This document shows positions 58,955 to 64,000 of a stretch of DNA of 64,000 bases, one piece after another (positions within the stretch are counted from its first letter, which is position 1; the number at the start of each line of letters is the position of its first letter). Position numbers and translations under genes: made by a program. The DNA is taken from IMG/VR virus record IMGVR_UViG_3300024966_000001, positions 1-64,000 of that record; one strand, given 5' to 3'. This stretch comes from a virus. The notes beneath the pieces were generated by a model. It worked only from the letters and a program-made list of their open reading frames with translations. It searched no databases and was not told the origin of the DNA.

Positions 58955-59581
58955 GTGAGCAATTTAATCAAAAGCAACGCGGTCGCAAGACTTCTTTCTG
59001 TGACCATGCATACTATCCGCGACATGCGGCGTGACGGACTTCTTCCGCTGCCTGTTGTTGTTGGAAAAAGCGAGTTATGGGTTGATGCTGAGATCGAATC
59101 CTGGCTAAAGTGCAAGTTAGCCGAAAGAGAGGGGTGCAACATGGATGTTGTTAACGACCTGCCTTGGCCTCCTGTTTTGTTGAGTGGCAGACAGGTAGCA
59201 AGTATTTTTAAGGTAATGGATGATACCGTCTTGGTCCTTGCCAAGGCCGGTAAATTACCAGGCGCAATTATCATCGCAAAGAAAAATTCTTACCGATGGG
59301 TTAAGTCTGAAGTTTATGACCTCATTAAAAAGCTTCTTTTAGAGAGAGGTTGCGCTAATGAAATACCTTCCGAGCCTGTTTTGATTGGCGCAAATGAAGT
59401 CGCTATAAAATTAGGTTTCACAAATTCCGGCTATATATCAGCGCTCAGCAAGAAAGGGGTACTGCCCAAGCCAATCACGATAGGAGGCAAGCTACTTTTT
59501 TGGGTTGAGTCTGAGATTCAGGAATATGCTGACAGCAAAATAGCGGAGCGTGACGCGGCTGTTGATGGGGGTGCGGAATGA
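58955..59581 (+). CDS. Protein with three tandem AlpA/excisionase-like HTH domains
   Basis: Three repeats ending GLLPLPVVVG..WVDAEI, GKLPGAIII..WVKSEV and GVLPKPITIG..WVESEI. Confidence 0.8.
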   Translation: MSNLIKSNAVARLLSVTMHTIRDMRRDGLLPLPVVVGKSELWVDAEIESWLKCKLAEREGCNMDVVNDLPWPPVLLSGRQVASIFKVMDDTVLVLAKAGKLPGAIIIAKKNSYRWVKSEVYDLIKKLLLERGCANEIPSEPVLIGANEVAIKLGFTNSGYISALSKKGVLPKPITIGGKLLFWVESEIQEYADSKIAERDAAVDGGAE

Positions 59582-60333
59582 GCCAGTTAATTCCATTCGA
59601 GTTTGAAAGTTCGTCTGTTCGCATAATTACCAATGATAATGGCGATCCATTATTTGTGGCGAAGGATGTTTCTGAAGCGCTGGGTTACGCTTGGTCCGGT
59701 GCCGCTACGATCAGGCATATACCGAATGAATGGAAGGGGGTTGATTCGGTTCCAACCCCCTCCGGAAACCAAGAAATGTCAGTACTTACAGAGCAAGGCT
59801 TGTACTTTTTCCTTGGTAGAAGTGACAAGCCAAAAGCGCTCCCAATGCAAAAATGGATTGCAGGCGATGTTTTGCCATCAATCCGCAAAACCGGCAAATA
59901 CGAACTAAATCCAGCTGATCAACAATACAAATTGCCCGGCAATTATATCGAAGCTCTTGAGGCTCTACTTGAGTCTGAAAAGCAAAGAGCCCTGGATGCG
60001 CCAAAAGTCCGACTAGCCACACTCATTTCAGAGTCATCAAATTCTCGCTGCATTAGGGTTTGGGTTAAAGCCATGAAAAACGAGAATAACCTATGTGTTG
60101 GTGAGCGCGACGTTTTCAAATATTTGATCGATAAAAAGTACATCTTCAAGCCGAAAGGTGAAAAAGGCTATCTCCCATATTCCCGCCACGAATCAACAGG
60201 AACGGGTTTTTTCGCGGTTGTTGTCGATGAAATTAACGGAAAGCCAAGGCGAATGCTCAAGATAACAGGAAAAGGGGTTTTGAACTTAACCGCCAAAGTG
60301 ATTGAGCATTTCAATGAGGATATAGCTGCTTAG
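59578..60333 (+). CDS. BRO-N plus KilAC/ANT antirepressor-like protein
   Basis: PLFVAKDVSEALGY...LTEQGLY...DVLPSIRKTGKY; LPGNYIEAL; KITGKG. Confidence 0.9.
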   Translation: MSQLIPFEFESSSVRIITNDNGDPLFVAKDVSEALGYAWSGAATIRHIPNEWKGVDSVPTPSGNQEMSVLTEQGLYFFLGRSDKPKALPMQKWIAGDVLPSIRKTGKYELNPADQQYKLPGNYIEALEALLESEKQRALDAPKVRLATLISESSNSRCIRVWVKAMKNENNLCVGERDVFKYLIDKKYIFKPKGEKGYLPYSRHESTGTGFFAVVVDEINGKPRRMLKITGKGVLNLTAKVIEHFNEDIAA

Positions 60334-60339
60334 CTACTC

Positions 60340-60379
60340 GGAAAACCCGACAAAGCAACAGAATCATGCCTCATATACT
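60340..60379 (+). promoter_or_regulatory. Late-type promoter motif copy 10
   Basis: GGAAAAC-N27-TATACT; ATG follows at 60386. Confidence 0.75.
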
Positions 60380-60385
60380 TGAGCC

Positions 60386-60679
60386 ATGAATAAAATTACC
60401 GGAAGTGAAGTTCAGGGTATGGTTGAGCACTGGCTGAATACGCCAACCTGCGGCTATTTGGGGTCCGACTACGGTCAGGATGCTAAGGCATTACTGCAAC
60501 TTCCGCAATCCGACGGTGCAGCCGATGACTTCCTGCGAAAATTGCGCGATGACGTTCAGATTTTGCAGGCATACCCGCCTGGAAGCCTGAATATTTACGG
60601 TGTGCACTCTGGAGCTGACCGGTTGGATCTATTTATCGAGGTAGCCGGGCCGGCTATTTCTGTGCCGGGCGTCAAATAA
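60386..60679 (+). CDS. Baseplate wedge/sheath initiator (gp25-like)
   Basis: HWLNTPTCGYLGSDYG; upstream of the baseplate J-like gene. Confidence 0.65.
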   Translation: MNKITGSEVQGMVEHWLNTPTCGYLGSDYGQDAKALLQLPQSDGAADDFLRKLRDDVQILQAYPPGSLNIYGVHSGADRLDLFIEVAGPAISVPGVK

Positions 60680-62172
60680 TGCTGATTAAGGCTGATTTTT
60701 CAAAAGCGATTGCTGATTCTATAGTCAAATACCCGGCTATCGGCCCATTGTACCAGGCGGGAGATCCACGCATATTACAAGGACTAGATGCCATGGCAAC
60801 CATGCTGGCAATGATGTCGGCGCAAATGGAAGCAGCCCAAGCCGAACCCTTTGAAAAAGTGCGTGACGCTACTGTGCTGGCCGACTCGGCCATGCGCGGC
60901 ATCATCCGTAAGGCGGCACCGGGCCGGGTTAGAGTACGGGTCAGTAATAGCAACAACTCCAGTTTTACTGTGGAAACCGGCCGGGTTATCTTTGATTCGG
61001 TCGGCAATCCCTATATTGTCGAAACGGCGGCGGTTATTGCGGCGGGCAACAGCGGTACTTTTTACGCGATCCAGGTTAAGCACGACGTGATTACCCATAC
61101 CGTTACCGGCAGCGTGCCGTTTTACGCCATTGAAATTACCGATCCCGGCGACGGCTCTTATTTAAGCGGGATTGCCGTCAGTGATTCGGGCGGCGAATAT
61201 GAATACCGTGAGCGTTACGTCAACACTTGGCCGGATGAGCGGGTTTTTCACGTTGAGGTGGATGATAAGCAGCGAGTTTATGTGCGCTTCGGGCAAACTG
61301 ATATTGTCAGTGTTCAGCCGTTGGACGGGCAGGTTATAACGCTCACTATTTCGCGCACGGACGGGGAAATAGCGCCGGCATCCGGCTCGCCGTTTTCGTT
61401 TGAATACCTTCAGTCGCCCTTGGAGTCCGGCATTGATCTGACAATGGATGCCTTGGTATTTAAGGGCCAAAACCCGCCCGATATGGCGACTTTGCGCGAC
61501 CTGATTAAATACCCCTCTGTTTACGACCATAACGCGGTTTACCTGGGCGAGTTCGATTTCGTGGTGCGCCGGGCCTATCCCGATGTGAAATTTTTGTCGG
61601 TCTGGAATGAGTCTATTGAAGAAATGGTGCGCGGCGCTGATGTCGATAACATTAATACGCTGTTTGTCGCGGTGCTGTCAGCCGATGATAGCGAAACGGT
61701 TTTAACGGAGCCGGACCCAAATAATCCGGTAAGCCCAATAGTCATTCCTGAGTCTGAGTATACGGCAACTCATGTGGGTATAAAAAACACGATAAATGCA
61801 GCAGATGATAGCTACCGCGTAAGGTTTTTAACGCCGGTCAGATCGTTAATAGAAGTAACAGTCTCGGCTACGGTATCGACCAGCTATGTTGCCAGTGATG
61901 TCAGGTCAAAAATTATTGATGTCTTGCTTGCTGAATACGGTGAAGGCGCTGCGGCGTCAAGCCGGGGCTCGAATAAACTACTGTACCGCCTCATATATGC
62001 CTTACTGAAAGAAAGGGTGCCAGCGCTATCCGATGGCAATGCCGATATTAGACTCACGGTTGCTGATCCAGTTGGCGAGTTACGTCCTGAACTTTGGCGT
62101 TGCGTTTCGACCGACAGTCTTACTGTGACCGTTACGCCGGTGAATATCACCCTGCCATCCTGGGGCCGATAG
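60679..62172 (+). CDS. Baseplate wedge protein (P1 BplA/gpJ-like)
   Basis: TVLADSAMRG, VYVRFG, AVYLGEFDFVVR. Confidence 0.75.
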   Translation: MLIKADFSKAIADSIVKYPAIGPLYQAGDPRILQGLDAMATMLAMMSAQMEAAQAEPFEKVRDATVLADSAMRGIIRKAAPGRVRVRVSNSNNSSFTVETGRVIFDSVGNPYIVETAAVIAAGNSGTFYAIQVKHDVITHTVTGSVPFYAIEITDPGDGSYLSGIAVSDSGGEYEYRERYVNTWPDERVFHVEVDDKQRVYVRFGQTDIVSVQPLDGQVITLTISRTDGEIAPASGSPFSFEYLQSPLESGIDLTMDALVFKGQNPPDMATLRDLIKYPSVYDHNAVYLGEFDFVVRRAYPDVKFLSVWNESIEEMVRGADVDNINTLFVAVLSADDSETVLTEPDPNNPVSPIVIPESEYTATHVGIKNTINAADDSYRVRFLTPVRSLIEVTVSATVSTSYVASDVRSKIIDVLLAEYGEGAAASSRGSNKLLYRLIYALLKERVPALSDGNADIRLTVADPVGELRPELWRCVSTDSLTVTVTPVNITLPSWGR

Positions 62173-62883
62173 ATGGATTTTCAAAACACCGAACTGCCTA
62201 AATTAACGCCGTTAAAATACAGTTTTGCGGCTGATGACGTTGAAAATGACCTACGCAATTTATTCATCGACCTATTTGAGACGTTACTGGCCGGTCAGGC
62301 ATTCGATATAAATGTCTTGGGCGCGGCGCATCTTGGTAGCCTTGATCTGGTTCGTAAAATGGTCAATGCGGACGGTTTGGTTCTGATTGAAGGTGACCGG
62401 GAAGAGGCGGCAACCCGCTACCTGTATCGGGCATGGAAAGCTAGGAACTGTCAGGGCAGGGGCTTTCATTTCCTACGCACTTACTTACAGTTGCTGTTCC
62501 CGAATGCGGCTACGGTTGAGCAAATGGCACAATCAAAAATATCGCCATATCCAACCGGATTAAAGCCACTTCAAAGCACCGAGCCAGCAAGCCATTATTC
62601 CACAAGCCGAGTACGAGTAACCATAGATGCAAGGGTTACGTCATGGGAAAACGTCGAGAAAATGCACCCCATACTGCGCTCTATAATACCCGCACGGTTT
62701 TTACTCTATTTCACACTGCTTACTGTCTGGAACCAAAAGACTTATGCCGGGGCCGCAATGCTGTCATCTGGTATCGCAACGATTTATCCGGCAGCCAGTC
62801 AGCCTACGGAATGGAGTAGCAATACATTTATAGGTGCAGCAATGTCCAGTATTTCAACGATTACTATCTACCCACAATCATGA
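62173..62883 (+). CDS. Baseplate protein (gpI/P1 gp16-like)
   Basis: RGFHFLRTYLQLL, LRSIIPAR; upstream of the tail fibre. Confidence 0.65.
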   Translation: MDFQNTELPKLTPLKYSFAADDVENDLRNLFIDLFETLLAGQAFDINVLGAAHLGSLDLVRKMVNADGLVLIEGDREEAATRYLYRAWKARNCQGRGFHFLRTYLQLLFPNAATVEQMAQSKISPYPTGLKPLQSTEPASHYSTSRVRVTIDARVTSWENVEKMHPILRSIIPARFLLYFTLLTVWNQKTYAGAAMLSSGIATIYPAASQPTEWSSNTFIGAAMSSISTITIYPQS

Positions 62884-64000
62884 GTGTTTACTACACCCTA
62901 TTAACAGCTGTAGGCGCGTCTGCGATGTCATACGCCGCCGCTCACGGCACGCCAGTAGTGCTGACCGAAATCGCCCTGGGTGATGGCGGCGGGTCGGTGC
63001 CGTCACCGACAAAAGACACGACTGCGCTGGTCAACGAGGTATACCGAGCTGACATTAATTCGATAACTCAAGATCCTGTGAATTCATCCTGGTTTATCGT
63101 TGAGTTGGTTATTCCGCCCGAGGTGGGCGGATTTACGATACGCGAATTCAGGATCGACGATGCAGCCGGAAATGCAATTTACGTCGGTAACTGCGCGGCC
63201 GAAACCAAGCCGGTTTTGCCCGAAGGTATGACACGAGACAGTATTTATCGCTTAATTGTTGAAACCAGCAATGCAGCGACAATCAATCTATCGGTTGACC
63301 CTACAATAGCCATTGCTACGCATGATTACGTACAGGGCGAGCTACAGAAACTTGATCATAAACAGTCGGTAAGAGTTGCTTCAACCGCCAATATCCCAAC
63401 GCTATCCGGGCTGTTAACGATTGACGGCGTATTGCTTGTTGAGGGTGATCGGGTACTTGTCAAAAACAATACCACGGCCAGCCAAAACGGGATTTATATC
63501 GCATCGCCCGGTGGATGGTTGCGTGACGTCGATGCTAATTCAGCATTAAAAATCAATGCCGGAATGACGTTTGTTATTGAGGCCGGTACCGCCAATGCGG
63601 ATACGGTTTGGATGTTGCTGACTAATAACCCCATTACGATCGGCACTACGGCACTGACATTCGACTGGATTGCCGGTGTTAGGGTCACAATGCCATTAGG
63701 GACCAGTGATGCTACAAATGCGTCAACCGCATTTGTGCAAAATACCGTAGGCGGCATGGTAACAAAGTCGGTCACAGGCGTTGGCGCAACCTTAACGCTG
63801 ACTTCAGTTGAAGCTGGCAACGCAACAATTAAGCTGACCGGAACGTTAACGACAAACCTGAATGTTATTGTCCCGGCCGCCGTAACGCGCGGCTGGACCG
63901 TCATTAATGCGACTACTGGGGCTTATTCGCTCACCGTTAAACCTTCTGGCGGTGCTGGAATAGTCACCACCCAGGGTAATTCGATCAAGGTTTACTCTGA
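62880..64000 (+). CDS. Tail fibre protein (P2 gpH-like N-terminus); 3' end outside window
   Basis: Hand translation MSVYYTLLTAVG...IALGDGGG...IPPEVGGFTIRE; frame stays open to the end of the window. Confidence 0.9.
   Translation, partial: MSVYYTLLTAVGASAMSYAAAHGTPVVLTEIALGDGGGSVPSPTKDTTALVNEVYRADINSITQDPVNSSWFIVELVIPPEVGGFTIREFRIDDAAGNAIYVGNCAAETKPVLPEGMTRDSIYRLIVETSNAATINLSVDPTIAIATHDYVQGELQKLDHKQSVRVASTANIPTLSGLLTIDGVLLVEGDRVLVKNNTTASQNGIYIASPGGWLRDVDANSALKINAGMTFVIEAGTANADTVWMLLTNNPITIGTTALTFDWIAGVRVTMPLGTSDATNASTAFVQNTVGGMVTKSVTGVGATLTLTSVEAGNATIKLTGTLTTNLNVIVPAAVTRGWTVINATTGAYSLTVKPSGGAGIVTTQGNSIKVYS

Larger units (their letters stand above)
1..64000. mobile_element. Temperate phage/prophage with lambdoid early region and P1-like myovirus morphogenesis genes; incomplete at both ends
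   Basis: Continuous phage gene content from rdgC and cI/cro through terminase, capsid, sheath, darA/darB, portal, baseplate and tail fibre; no host housekeeping block. Confidence 0.95.

Noticed and set aside
712-63904. Many antisense or nested ORFs in the six-frame track (for example 712-1086, 9314-9862, 36311-36919, 58765-59274, 63494-63904)
   Set aside because: They are shadows of well-supported genes, with no RBS or motifs. Only the nested Rz1-like lipoprotein was kept.

Overview
The window is about 64 kb from the middle of a large temperate myovirus-type prophage of a gammaproteobacterium. The RdgC and SSB proteins look like Methylococcales-type host proteins, which is an impression only. 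Both ends run off the window, and no integrase, att site or plasmid partition gene is visible. The genome is a hybrid. Positions 1-15 kb are a lambdoid early region: rdgC and terB, a divergent cI/cro switch with TTAGC-N5-GCTAA operators, a CII-like gene, an initiator plus DnaC-type loader, a C5 methyltransferase, nin-like genes, ssb and a resolvase. Positions 16-64 kb are a P1-like virion module: small and large terminase, Pro protease, major capsid, sheath, lysis cassette, baseplate, hdf/darA/darB/ulx anti-restriction genes, portal, tape measure and tail fibre. The main unexplained features are: (1) a tRNA(CAT) whose variable loop is interrupted by a 432-nt insert consisting almost entirely of an HNH endonuclease ORF, with no room for an intron ribozyme; (2) ten copies of a GGAAAA(C)-N27-TANNNT late-promoter motif; (3) a GH108-like peptidoglycan-binding/XRE-HTH fusion in the position P1 uses for lpa; (4) an in-frame TGA replacing the Walker A glycine of darB; (5) an unannotated 42-aa peptide ending in the beta-clamp motif QLDLF next to an XRE-ImmA/IrrE gene; (6) three C4-like antisense RNA/antirepressor cassettes. 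All family assignments come from motif recognition by eye, not database searches.
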